Source: Octopus bimaculoides (Eukaryota). Taken from it: a stretch of 64,000 nucleotides of DNA. Positions 23,903 through 36,977 of this stretch are shown here, one piece after another. The notes beneath the pieces are model-generated. The model saw nothing but the letters and a program-made list of their open reading frames with translations, was not told the origin of the DNA and searched no databases. Made by a program: the position numbers and the translations under genes. The stretch lies in the NCBI RefSeq assembly GCF_001194135.2, contig NC_068986.1, forward strand, positions 81,485,468 through 81,549,467, given 5' to 3'. How positions within the stretch are numbered: position 1 is the first letter of the stretch; every line of letters begins with the position of its first letter.

Positions 23903-24381
23903 TACAGGTGTGGCAGTGTGGTAAGAAGCTTGCAAAGAAAGAGACAGACCGAAATACACACACACATAACCTAGTGGTTAGGCTGTTGCATTCATGATTG
24001 CTAGATCGTGGGTTCAGTCCCTTAATTGAGCAGTGCATTGTTCTTGAGCAAAACACTTCATTTCATGTTGCTCCAGTCTCCCTTTCAATCAGATGGGGAG
24101 AATGTTGGCCTGCTCGCCTAACCAGTAGGATGACATCATTTGAAGGCTTAAAAAATGAAAAAGCACATTGTGACCAGCAATGTGTAACAACAGCTGATAG
24201 CCTGGCAACTGGTGCTGGTATGTTTATGCCTCCATAACTTAGCAGTTTGACAAAAGACACTGATAAAATAAGTCCTAGGCTTAAGAAATAAGTCCTGGTA
24301 TCAATTTGTTTGACTAAAACCCTTCAAGATAATGCTTCAGTATGGCCACTGTCAAATGACTGAAACTAAAGAATAAAAGAA
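23901..24381 (+). mobile_element. Composite SINE: H1 stub (23901-23933), H2 head and body (23971-24200), T1 tail (24207-24381)
   Basis: Each module matches a different intact element elsewhere in the window. Confidence 0.65.
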
Positions 24382-24401
24382 TATATATATATATATATAT
24401 A

Positions 24402-26050
24402 TGTGTGTGGAAAATCAGTGTGTGTTTATTTGTGGCGTTGTTAGCTAACTCCTCCTACATCATTTTATTGATTTTGATGAAACTTGACATGTGGGTAGAA
24501 CTCAAGTCTGAAAACCTTGTGACATACTTAGATTGTTGAAGAAATCGATAATACAGCACCTGGAGGGGATTTTATATATACCTTATATAACTATTTTTTT
24601 TTAAACACCTAAGGGAAATAACTCATATCCTCTGCACTATTTTTTTAAGCACTCAAGGGAAATAACCCGTTTCATTGTCTATGTTCGATTACTTTGAACC
24701 AACGATCAGCTGACCTAATTCTGCATTTCACTACTCACAGTTTTGAAATGCTAAACATTATTATTGCACTTCCTTAATTTGAATCTCTTCATTCATACAT
24801 TTCTATACATACATACTTTTTTGAATGCCCATTACTCCGATAATTCTGCATTTTTACAGTTACACTTTCTCCATAACAGTAGATAAATTATTTGTAGTGG
24901 CTTCATGCAGGCATAGCATGGATTTGATCCTCGATTGCCAAATTTCACTTAACACTTCAACAACGCTTTTCTCATGGTAAAACAATAGTTTTTTCTATGA
25001 ATGAAAGCAGTTACACATTTCCCAGATGCTTCCCCTAAGTAGAATAATGTCTTTGCCACTTCACCCTTCTAACCTCTTCTAGGCCACCAGGGGCTGGTAT
25101 GGAGATAACAGACCTCCAACAAAATCATTTGTTCTCAACAATATGTCTATCCTTCTGGCTGCTTTTCGATAGTTATGAAAACAAGAACTCTGTAAGCTAA
25201 ACGCAGTTACTGACAGCGACCACCAATGAGTGTGAATGTTATTATTGCACTTTCTTCTAACACTTCATTCATATATTTCTATACATATATATAGGCATAG
25301 GAGTGGCTGTGTGGTAAGTATCTTGCTTACCAACTACATGGTTCCGGGTTCAGTCCCGCTGTGTGGCACCTTGGGCAAGTGTGTTCTACTATAGCCTCGG
25401 GCCGACCAAAGCCTTGTGAGTGGATTTGGTAGACGGAAACTGAAAGAAGCCTGTCGTATATATGTATATATATGCGTGTGTGTTTGTGTGTCTGTGTTTG
25501 TCCCCATAGCATTGCTTGACAACCGATGCTGGTGTGTTTATGTCCCCGTCACTTAGCGGTTCCAGCATGGCCGCAGTCAAATGACTGAAAAAAGTAAAAG
25601 AATAAGAAAGAAAAGAAAAGAATATACTATATTCATATATTACCTTTAATAAATTAGCCTTCATAAAGTTCACCTTTAAATTGCCATGAGTCAGAGTACG
25701 ACTAGGTGCTTCTACTTCACAAGCTGCTCTAATACGACAACGGTGATATCAAGTAAGTCTCTGATTCATTATGTTTCATATTTACAAAATAAAACAATTA
25801 TTCTTCGTCTACTCTAATTCAATATCTAAATAGTTATATGCATATTGCCGTAATTAATTTACACATTGTATAAATAGACATTTTTTCAATATCTCCAAAT
25901 AACTAAATTCTGCCAATGCATGCAGGGTTTTCAATTAAATTTCATTACACTATGAATGCCCATAACTCCGATAATTCTGCATTTTTCAAGTTCAAATTTT
26001 ACGATGATAGTACATAAATTTTTCATTCCACATTTTATAAGTCATACCCA
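24402..26050. mobile_element. Putative non-autonomous Helitron/Helentron-like element with internal direct repeats, interrupted by a SINE
   Basis: GATTTTGATGAAACTTGACATG motif near 24469, reminiscent of DINE/HINE-type elements. Repeated blocks: AAGGGAAATAAC x2, TTATTATTGCACTT x2, GAATGCCCATxACTCCGATAATTCTGCATTTTT x2. Confidence 0.35.
25294..25620 (+). mobile_element. SINE type A with an internal deletion in the tail
   Basis: Head and body match the 36263 copy, but the sequence jumps from CTTAGCGGT to TCCAGCATGG. Confidence 0.9.
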
Positions 26051-26321
26051 GAATTGTTGAAGGATAGAATAAACTACCTGCATCAGTTGTTAGCTGTCAA
26101 GACAGTACAAAAATTTCATGCTTTCCAAAATTTGCCAACATTACTCCTGACATGCCTATGCACCATTTCCTCTTTATGGCTTTTTTTACTGGTTACTTTT
26201 CTGTCTTCTTGTGTTTTATCCTGTGCATTATGCGTGCTTTTGGCTATCATTACTTTCTCCTTTTCCTTTCACCCTTTTATGATAAGTTGTAATCCTTGTA
26301 ATGTCTGTACTTTATACAATA

Positions 26322-27273
26322 AGATTTCTTCTTCCTCCTCCCTCTTCTTCATTTCCTCCCCTCCAACTGCCCCTCTTCTTCTTCCTCCCCTCTTCTTCTT
26401 CCTCCTTCCTCTTGCCTTTTCTTCTTCCTCCTTCCTCTGCCTCCTCCTCCTTCGTCTTCCTCCTTTCTCTTCCTTCCTCTTCCTCCTTCCTCCTCCTGCC
26501 TCTTCCTCCTTCCTCCTCCTGCCTCTTTCCTCTTCCTCCTCCTCCTCTTCCTCCTTCCTCTTCCTCCTCTCCTTCCTCCTCCTCCTCTTTCCTCTTCCTC
26601 CTCCTCCTTCCTCTTCCTTCTCTTCCTCTTCCTCCTCCTCCTTCCTCCCCCTCCTTCCTTCCTCCTCCTTCCTCTTCCTCCTCCTCCTCCTGCCTCCTNN
26701 NNNNNNNNNNNNNNNNNNNNNNNNNNNNNNNNNNNNNNNNNNNNNNNNNNNNNNNNNNNNNNNNNNNNNNNNNNNNNNNNNNNNNNNNNNNNNNNNNNNN
26801 NNNNNNNNNNNNNNNNNNNNNNNNNNNNNNNNNNNNNNNNNNNNNNNNNNNNNNNNNNNNNNNNNNNNNNNNNNNNNNNNNNNNNNNNNNNNNNNNNNNN
26901 NNNNNNNNNNNNNNNNNNNNNNNNNNNNNNNNNNNNNNNNNNNNNNNNNNNNNNNNNNNNNNNNNNNNNNNNNNNNNNNNNNNNNNNNNNNNNNNNNNNN
27001 NNNNNNNNNNNNNNNNNNNNNNNNNNNNNNNNNNNNNNNNNNNNNNNNNNNNNNNNNNNNNNNNNNNNNNNNNNNNNNNNNNNNNNNNNNNNNNNNNNNN
27101 NNNNNNNNNNNNNNNNNNNNNNNNNNNNNNNNNNNNNNNNNNNNNNNNNNNNNNNNNNNNNNNNNNNNNNNTCCTTCTTCTTCATTTTCTTTCTCCTCTT
27201 CTCCTTCCTCTTCCCCCTTTCTTCCTCCTCTTGTTCCTCCTCTTCTTCTTGTTCCTCTTCCTCCTCCTCCTCA
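26322..27273. repeat. Pyrimidine-rich (CCT/CTT)n low-complexity tract spanning an N-gap (26699-27171)
   Basis: Directly visible. Confidence 0.95.
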
Positions 27274-27904
27274 TCAATAACAGCCTTATGAGCTATAACA
27301 ATCACTGATCATTTTGGTTTGGCTCTTTTGTTTTTCTTATCTTCCATATATTAATGAAACTGAAATGGCAAAAGAAATAATAGTTTAGTTGTAAAGGTAA
27401 AGATTGCTGAAAAGTTTGAAAAGTTGTACACTTGACATTATTCAGTTGACTGCTCATGGCTTAACAGAAAGCTTAGCGTTGGTTAAAGTGGGAGCTTGTT
27501 TTAAGTGGAGTAAATATTGAAAAGGTTAAGCAATATATAATAAAAATATAACTTTTCACATAACTTGGCTTTAAACTTTTTTTTTCTGTGTCTTAATGCT
27601 TGTCTTTTTTTCCATTAAAATCTTGTTTGAAAGAGAGAGAGAAAGAGAAAATTGTTAAGTATTACTAAATAGGAAGGAAAAACTTGGTTGTTATCAAGCT
27701 GTAGGTCTGCCTTGAGTCTAACTACTTTATCATCAACAATGTTCTAGCCATGACCACCTCAGTTAATTTTCAGGTATTATGTATTTGGATTACATTATAC
27801 AATATCTTCCTGTTTAAGAGTGTAGCAGTTGATTTGAATTATTAGAGATATATTTAGTGATTGTTTTATAAATGAAGTTATAGGAGAGTAAAAATAAAGT
27901 TTCT

Positions 27905-28070
27905 CTCTAGGATATGACATTATTGTTCATCAGCTCTTCTTCATATATACTGATATCACTATTCTTTAGGTACTAGCTCTCCTCATACATTGTATGATAT
28001 CATTACTGTTCAATTGTATTTCCCTATATATGGTATGATATTATTGCCCATACATAGTATGATATCACTC

Positions 28071-28104
<34 letters not shown>

Positions 28105-28265
28105 TCATATATCGTATGATATAACTGTCCTTCCTCTCTCTCTTCTCCCATATACAGTGTGACATCATTTTCCTTCCTCTTCTCCTATTTAGTGTGATAT
28201 CATTGTAATATATTGTGTGACGTCTTTCATTTTTAACTTTCTATGCATTAATATTATATCACTAT
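27905..28265. repeat. Degenerate minisatellite with core CATATAxxGTATGATATCAxT and CT-rich spacers
   Basis: About eight recognisable cores at irregular spacing. Confidence 0.6.
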
Positions 28266-29784
28266 GTCTACTGTGTGAGAGGTGTTTCGTAATCTTACTA
28301 TTTTCATAAGGTCATCACTTAAAGCAATTTTATTAAGGATAAAGTATTATCATTAACTCTGTCACTTCACTGTCACTTCCTTTATGTTACATTCCTGGCA
28401 ATAACATTTTTTATTTAATTTGAAATGTTTTTTTCCTTTATTTAGGCTTCAGTTTTGCTTCATGTGCAGATGAAAGGTGTAAACTGTAAAAATACATCAT
28501 AAATAATCTTGTAGAAACAAAATAATGTTAGCTCAAAGAAATAATCTCCTGTAAACACGACCAGCTATTCCACTATTTTATTCAGTATATTGTTTTCTAC
28601 TGAGATCTGTTTATTTCCAAAGAAGAAGCTGAGGTTTGCAGCATCTTAATATTCTGTAATTCTCTTGTAGAATAGTAATTGTGTACATTTAGAGTGGAGG
28701 TTTAGAGTGAAGACAGCTCTACTCTCAGTTGCTAAGAGATGATCTACTTGATGTTCACTTGCATGTAACAACCTTTCTTATAAATTGTTTACAGCCTCTC
28801 TGTAAAGGCCACATCTTGTACTTGTCGATGCTGCTACTTTTGACAATAATGATAATAATAAATAATGCAGTATGTTTAGTTATTTTTCTTGTAAACATTG
28901 CCAGCTAATTGAAAAATGTGCATTTTGTATGGGTATGTATGAGGTTAAAGGGGATAAAAATTAAAATGCGAAATGTTTATAATTATATATCTTGTTTTAT
29001 TTCATGCATTTAAGGCTGTTAACAACATGGTGTCATACTATTGATTATATTTGTTCTGGGTTTGCCCTTCCATAAACAAACTTTTGCATATTATTGAGTT
29101 TTATGATGCTAGTTTGATCAGAGCTATCATGAATATACACTAACTTGTCAACTATGGAAAGGAAGAAGGAATCTATTAAGAATGGAATCGATATTTTTTT
29201 CACTCTGGTTCAACTATAGTATCTATGTGCACTAGTTTAGATCAACAAATAAAACTGAGGAATCCCTTCTTATGAGAATTATGTGATTCTATATATAAAA
29301 ATATAATACTGTTTCCTTAATTATTTTGTCATTTTAATTATAGGAGTGTTACAAATAGTCATGCATTTATAGGACTAAAAACTCAACAACTGAACAAATT
29401 CATGTTTGTGTGTTAACTCCCATTAGATGATTGCATTGCTCTCTCAACCTGCCATTTGTCTGCCAAACAGTAAATGATTATCTGTGCTTTCCTTTAGTTA
29501 CTAAGATTCTGATACATTTTCCCCTGAATTTTAAATAATATTATAACAGAACAGTATTGTCCTACTTTGACTTCAATCAGATGTAAAACTTAGACATACA
29601 AAAAAAAAAAAAAAAGAACATTTATGGCCTCAGGTAATGTCATAGTGAAAACAAAAATGAGCTGAGAGAAATAACATGGCCAGTGGCATGAATAGCTCAG
29701 AGTAAATCAGTGACAACAGAGATGAAGAAAGGTGTCCCAAATGTCTTACAAGATATATAATGGTAGTTCCTTGAGGTTGAGAAA

Positions 29785-30046
29785 GACCGTTTTGCAATTT
29801 CTTGTTGAACAGTTTGCACAAGTGATATGTTTATAGTGATCAAATGTTTGTGCTGCACATTATCTCTCTGCCTCCATCAAACTGACATTGCTTGCACAGG
29901 TGCACATTGTACCACTCATCAAATGTGAAAGTCATTGCAGAACAATGAGAAATGAAGTGTTTTACCCAAGAACAACACACTATCCAGTCCAGGAATCAAG
30001 CTCATGGATCATAATTGTGATTGCAACACCCTAGCTACTAGGCCAC
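29785..30046 (-). mobile_element. tRNA-derived SINE (head H2, different body)
   Basis: Minus strand GTGGCCTAGTAGCTAGGGTGTTG..TTGATTCC..GTGTTGTTCTTGGGTAAAACACTTCATTTC, similar to the head at 23971. Confidence 0.6.
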
Positions 30047-30389
30047 TGTTATATCTTGAAACTAGATAGAAAAACAATTATGCATAAGGCTGAGGGATGA
30101 CCATACTATAAGCTGTGGGGTTGTGGTTGAGAGGCAGTGGGTTATAGTAGGAACTGTGGTGATGTATGTAATAGCACCAAAGGCAAAGTTAGTGTTGGTA
30201 TGGTATTAGTAGTGAAGAAATTTTTGGTGCTGTGTAGTGTTGAAATGTGTTGAAGAAGAGGTGATGATGATAGTGTTAGTAGTGGATGTGATAGAGTAAT
30301 AAAGATGGCAATAGAAGGTTGTACTGAAGTGGAAGTTGGTGATATTGATGCAGCACAGTCTTAACTGCCTCTTGTTCAATTACAGTATT

Positions 30390-32000
30390 CACCATTTCTG
30401 CCCCTGTCTTCCTCAAGCTTTCTTTTAAGTTCTATTCACTTGGAGTATGTGGCACCTATTTACACAACTGTCATCCACTACACACACTGCACACCCATAG
30501 CATCACAGTCTTCTTACTTGAACACTACTGTGACTCATGTGTTCAACTCTTCTCTCAACTCATGTGTGCTTCACAATTCATGCCTGCTGATATTACACAC
30601 TCTTCTGAGCATGCTCACTTCATTTTTTTTTTTCTAGCTTTCATATATCTTTTGCATTCAAGGCTTATATTTTGCTAACATGCAACATTGTATTTCATAC
30701 ACACACATCATACAATCTACCCTTCACTGTGAGAGAGAAACCCTTTGTTGTCTTTAAAGATAATTATTTCTGGACTATTTTCTCTCTCTCCTTACTTTAG
30801 CAACTATATTTTGGGAACACTCACCTCCACTGCTAATTAGGACACCTATGTAATAAAATCTAACTACTTTTATGGAGTCTTCTCTGTATATTTACCACAT
30901 AAAAAGTCCTTTTCTATTAGCCCATTTGTTATCCTACATTACCTTTAGTGTTCATAGTTTACACTAAGTACACCATGTGAAATTCCTACCTATTCCTTTC
31001 CTGCATATTGGGTGTGGCCACTCCCTCACTGGCAGTAGATTCTGTTTTTTTTCCCTGCTCACTAAAACCTTGCTAGATTTATTTTGGCCTCTCATTCTAG
31101 ATTTTGCTTTCAGATTTGGTATTACTTCTCTAAATCTTTGACAAGTTCAGCTATAAGAACTACTTCATCAGCATACAGATATTTCCATGGGTAGCTAGTC
31201 TTAAACTCCTCTTTTATGGTCTGGCAGACTAGATCAGAATGAGTCTGAGAACTAAGGCCTGATTGAGACCCATCTGCTAGAAAAATTCTCTGCTGAACTT
31301 GTTGCTGGCATCTTGATAATACCTCTACTCTTTGCTTGCATCACTTTCACAAGTTATTTACCCACTTGTTATTTTAGATTATAAAGCATGGAATGCTATA
31401 AAAGGCTCTCTTTGATTGATGAATAAGTAGTAGCTTATTTCTTGTATTGCTGCAGTTGAATTTCTAGAAAGAGGGCGTTAGGGGTATTTCATCCTGGTAC
31501 AAAACCAAATTTCACGTCTAGACCAAATTTCTTCCTAATCAGTGGTGCTATAGCTCTTTCAGTACCTTTCATAACCTAGTCCATCAAATTGATAGTCTAG
31601 GTTATAGACTTTTTCTCTCTCTTCTCACTTTAGAAACTATATTGGTTTATGGCTCAGAGTAGTTTGTCTTAGTGAAATTCAAGGTTGTCCTGTTATAAAT
31701 CTCAATCACTTCCTTCCTCTCATGATATATCTTAGTTAATACTTCTCTGAGTCTATGTCTGGCTGAGAATTCTTTTGACTTCCATATCTTCTTTCTCTAA
31801 ACTGTCTTATGCCTGAGTCTGTCTAGCTCTTATCTTAAGGTTGCTGATGACTAGTCTATGTTGGCTGGAAAGTCTATTTTGCCTTACTTGCCTTCTTGAT
31901 TGGTTGGTGATCAAATAGCTGGTTGGATTCTTGAAGTTAGTGTTGCAAATGGTAAGGGCATTGTTGAATTCCTGGAGTCTATTTGTCTTCATTTATTGAA
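30390..32000 (-). mobile_element. Old, internally deleted RTE LINE (APE endonuclease piece, RT core, PHD-like insert, C-terminus)
   Basis: 31992-31807 gives ICNTNFKNPTSYLIT..QHRLVISNL (APE end). About 31260-31100 gives IKEEFKTSYPWKYLYADEVVLIAE (YADD motif). About 31030-30980 gives a degraded WPxPICRKGIGRN. 30800-30400 aligns at DNA level to 60540-61020. Confidence 0.85.
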
Positions 32001-33190
32001 CCGTATCCTTAGCCTCCATGTATGCTGAAGAAGGCATCATGATGTCACTCAATATGTCCATTAAAGATACCAGTCATGTTATTGAGGTAAATATCATTTG
32101 TTATCAATGATTCTGCAGGAGGTCCTCATTGAAGTGATCCTTTGTTTATCTATCAGCCACGATTGTTGTGAACATGCAGATATGTCATTTTCATATTGTC
32201 CACGTTAGTTTAAACTTAATTATTCTAACACACAGTTTCTAGCTCAGGGGATCTATGTTTAACCCCAGGTCATTTCTAATCAAACAAATTAAGCATCATA
32301 TTGAAACACAAATGCTCCATCTTGTCTCTTTTTAAAATAAATAAATATACCATTTTTTGCTGTAATAACCTTAATAAAATTTTATACATGTTATTCTAAT
32401 CATGGTTTCTTTTTCAAAGGTCATCTCTTGCTATCATCATTATAATCTGTCTTTGATGGCACTGACAATAATGTAAATGATGCTTTTATGGAGGCTTGGC
32501 AACATGTAATGACTTCAATGAATATATGATGGTATAAAGTATATGTCTGAGACTGAAAAAGTAGAGTATTTGTCATTTGAGACAAGTCTTATAAAGATAA
32601 TTAACTGTAGAGTAGTGACCTAGTTTTGGGGTCTGACTCAGCATCTTGAATTTTATTGATTGATAAAGCAACAGGGACATTTGGGTGTGGTCAAATTCAG
32701 CAGTGCTGTGTACCTTGTAATTAGAACTGTTACTGGCATGCTGAGATTTAAGTGGCTTACCCTACATTTAAAAAAAATCTTGCTGAGAGAGAGAGAGTGT
32801 GTAACATGATATTGAATTCACTTAATTCTCTAAACAGTAAATTCAATATCAAGTGTCATTATACTTCACTTTCTTCATTCAATACGCTGTTACAAGGGAA
32901 AACTAACTGCATTGTTTTAATCTTGTAGTGATGGCATTTTCTGCTTAATTGTGGAACAACATTGACTTATTTGTTTTATGATTTTATAATTTTAAACAAA
33001 ACTCCTGAAACTACACTATGAAATAGCTTAGCTTTTCATTTATTTAGCAAAGTATCTCATTATTATTTATGCAATAATTTCATCAACCAAATGTCATATA
33101 TGCTTCTATAGGTCACTATACATCCAATTTAAAGTTCTTGTTCATGATGCAACAATGCTGGGGACAATTTAATTCATACCTGAAAATTGA

Positions 33191-33221
<31 letters not shown>

Positions 33222-33626
33222 NNNNNNNNNNNNNNNNNNNNNNNNNNNNNNNNNNNNNNNNNNNNNNNNNNNNNNNNNNNNNNNNNNNNNNNNNNNNNNN
33301 NNNNNNNNNNNNNNNNNNNNNNNNNNNNNNNNNNNNNNNNNNNNNNNNNNNNNNNNNNNNNNNNNNNNNNNNNNNNNNNNNNNNNNNNNNNNNNNNNNNN
33401 NNNNNNNNNNNNNNNNNNNNNNNNNNNNNNNNNNNNNNNNNNNNNNNNNNNNNNNNNNNNNNNNNNNNNNNNNNNNNNNNNNNNNNNNNNNNNNNNNNNN
33501 NNNNNNNNNNNNNNNNNNNNNNNNNNNNNNNNNNNNNNNNNNNNNNNNNNNNNNNNNNNNNNNNNNNNNNNNNNNNNNNNNNNNNNNNNNNNNNNNNNNN
33601 NNNNNNNNNNNNNNNNNNNNNNNNNN

Positions 33627-33663
<37 letters not shown>

Positions 33664-35249
33664 CAAAACTGATTGTCCCCAAGTGGTGAAAATTGCACAT
33701 CAACTAGTTAAAGAAAAAAGAAAAAATTTCTGTTTCTTGCTTTTTGTATTTTAGTAGAAGTTATGTTTAACCAACCAGCAGCATTGTAACAGGAATATGA
33801 TGGACCCTGATAACACAATTTACTAATCATGATTGTTGTATTATATGGTTGAAGACCAAGATGTCATCTGCAGATGGGATGTCTTGGATATGTGTGGTGC
33901 ATGTCATTCCTTTGGCAAATAATTTTTTACTACATTTAATAATGATATCTGGAAATGATTAGTTGATCATATAACAAAGTGGCTGACAACTGATTGCAAA
34001 GAGAGTGGAATTATCTCTAAGATGACATTGGAGTTGAGAATTAATTTTTAAGAATCACTTATTTATTGCTCAGCCACCTGAATAATTGTCACCCCAACCC
34101 ACAATGAATATAAGTTGTATAATTAGGATAACTAATCTATTCCTTTGTGTTACACATCTTTATTATAAAAAATTATGGAAAAATAAGAATAGTATACACC
34201 ATGTTCCCAAATTAACTGAAGCTAGAATAATTATATAGAAGATTATATTGCAAAATATTGTGTTACATGTTGTTTAGCCCTGAGTCAGTTCTGGCTGAGC
34301 AGACCTATGATCAAAGAAGTTCCCATTGCAGTCTTCTCATTTTTCTCAATATCAATATTTTTCTCAATAAAATTTAAGACATTTGAAGAAAATTTGTCAG
34401 CTATTTCAAGCATGTCAAATTTTGAGGTTATGTATAATATTTCATGATTTATCAAAAATGAATTAAGTTTTCCCTAGTATTGTTACATGAAAATAAGCAT
34501 ATATTCAGCACATGTCCTATGTGAGATTAGGCATTAATGACATCACTTAATTTGATGTCAACACTATATTTGATTACATAAAAATATTCAATTCACCAAT
34601 CTGTATTATCTGGAAGAACTCTGGTTCAGCATCGCCTAAATAAAATTAACATGTTAGAGAAGATGAATAAGGGAAAATTCAAGTTAATGCTATAAAAGTG
34701 ATAAAAACCATAATAGTTTAGTTGATGCAAGATAAAGGTGTTTGTATTAGTGAATGGATTCATAGATGTACAAGTAATAGATTGTTTAACGTTGCATTTG
34801 ACAGCCTATAGAGTACCTGAGAGAATAATCTATGTAGTCTGCTGGACTAATAAAACATATTTATATGCGATTGAGTAGTTTATGCCATTGGTTTTGAACT
34901 GAATGAGGAATTTAGTATACAAGTACATGTTCACTTATGTTCTACCTTTAAGTTTCTATTCTTCATCTTAGATCTTGAGGTAATTATGCACAACTTCAGA
35001 GCTGGATAGCCACAAGAACTTCTCTCTGTGCTGACAATAAGTCTCATTGCAAAGTGTTAAAAAAATTCAGAGAAAATTTAAACTGTGATAGATTAGGTTT
35101 GAATGAAAAGAAATGGAAAAATCCCTGAATGTGAATATGTCCAAGACTAGTTTGTAGCAAGTATCACAAGAGACCTGTAAAATCAAGGAGTAAATGGTGA
35201 CTTAGTATTGGATAGTAAGATCAAATAATAGGAATACAATAAAGTGCTT

Positions 35250-35630
35250 GTTTGATATTTAAATGGCTGGCTGGAAAGCATAACTTTTAATGTACAGGAT
35301 TACAATGAAACTACTACCAGTAATGGGGGATAAAGGGCAGAATAATTCAATGAGCTACTTTTATTGTTGGAAATAGCAGATTTTTTTGTGTGGAAAACAC
35401 TGAGCATAAAACACTGACGATAAAAGCTAAGCATGCAAAGTGTAGGAAAATGTTGGATAAGAAATAATTGGAGAAGAATGGAGTATTGTCTATTGGAGGT
35501 GCAATATAAACTTAGAAGAAAAGTTAAGTGTAAGCTTAGAAAGAAACTGGTCAGCATTGAATGATACATGGAGGAAAAATGGCTAGAATGACATGGGTTT
35601 CTGTGGTAAAGGGATTATAGATGCTAATTA
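35250..35630 (+). mobile_element. Highly degraded RTE-like LINE C-terminal fragment
   Basis: Weak resemblance (FNELLLLLETADF versus FRELLPLLxTKGF) to the family above. Confidence 0.35.
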
Positions 35631-35647
35631 ATGTGGAAAGTATAGCA

Positions 35648-35800
35648 CAGGAGTGGCTGTGTGGTAAGAAGTTTGCTTCCCAACTTACATGGTTTCAGGT
35701 TCAGTCCCATTGCGTGGTTCCTTGGGCAAGTGTCTTCTATAGCCTTATGCTGACCAAAGCCTTATGAGTGGATCTGGTAGTCGGAAACTGAAAGAAGTCA
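35648..35800 (+). mobile_element. SINE type A, 5' half only
   Basis: Head H1 through GGAAACTGAAAGAAG. Confidence 0.85.
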
Positions 35801-36262
35801 GACATGAAAACACTAGAATTCATAAACAGAACAATACAGAAAATACATGTAGAGATAATGCATTGAAAATCTGTCCAAATCATGCTTATATTGAAAAATG
35901 ATAATGATGAATTAGGAATTAAAAAAATGTTTTCAAGCATTATTTTAATTGTGTAATATATTCATTTATAACATTTATATTTCAAACTTCCTGATATATC
36001 AGATGGCTTCAATATTTAAGTTAATTTAATCAGTTGTTCATCTGCTTAGTCAACACTCTCATTATGTGACAATTTTTGTTTGTCAACAGGAACAAAAGTG
36101 TTTACTGGTATATGACGCTGTCAACCAATAATAATACATATCAGATTATTAGTTCTGCTAATATAGATAGAATTACTTGCTACATTGGTTTGAGACAAAC
36201 TTTATTCTTGTGTCATTATTTAGTAGGTTTTAATAATGACTTATTGTTGTATGTATATGTAT

Positions 36263-36434
36263 ATAGGAGTGGCTGTGTGGTAAGTAGCTTGCTTACCAAC
36301 CACATGGTTCCGGGTTCAGTCCCACTGCGTGGCACCTTGGGCAAGTGTCTTCTACTATAGCCTCGGGCCGACCAAAGCCTTGTGAGTGGATTTGGTAGAC
36401 GGAAACTGAAAGAAGCCTGTCGTATATATGTATG

Positions 36435-36471
<37 letters not shown>

Positions 36472-36856
36472 GTATATGTTTGTGTATCTCTGTTNNNNNN
36501 NNNNNNNNNNNNNNNNNNNNNNNNNNNNNNNNNNNNNNNNNNNNNNNNNNNNNNNNNNNNNNNNNNNNNNNNNNNNNNNNNNNNNNNNNNNNNNNNNNNN
36601 NNNNNNNNNNNNNNNNNNNNNNNNNNNNNNNNNNNNNNNNNNNNNNNNNNNNNNNNNNNNNNNNNNNNNNNNNNNNNNNNNNNNNNNNNNNNNNNNNNNN
36701 NNNNNNCCCCGTAACTTAGCGGTTCTGCTAAAGAGACCGATAGAATAAGTACTAGGCTTCCAAAGAATAAGTCCTGGGGTCGATTAGCTCGACTAAAAGG
36801 CGGTGCTCCAGCATGGCCACAGTCATATGACTGAAACAAGTAAAAGAGTAAAAGAG
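36263..36856 (+). mobile_element. SINE type A, full length, with an N-gap (36495-36706) after its internal microsatellite
   Basis: Intact head, CpG-rich body, and tail ending GTAAAAGAGTAAAAGAG. Confidence 0.9.
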
Positions 36857-36882
36857 GTGTGTGCATGTGCGGGTATATATAT

Positions 36883-36920
<38 letters not shown>

Positions 36921-36946
36921 GTGTGTGTGTATATATATATATATAA

Positions 36947-36977
<31 letters not shown>

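Noticed and set aside
26054-27308. 300-400 aa Ser/Pro/Leu- or Glu/Arg-rich ORFs
   Set aside because: Translation of a CCT/CTT low-complexity tract plus a gap.
33852-33890. CCAAGATGTC..GATGTCTTGG hairpin as a pre-miRNA
   Set aside because: About 32 nt and does not extend; too short.
36263-36340. tRNA genes at SINE heads (also 2210, 15439, 25294)
   Set aside because: A- and B-box-like motifs are present, but there is no complete cloverleaf and they continue into repeat bodies.
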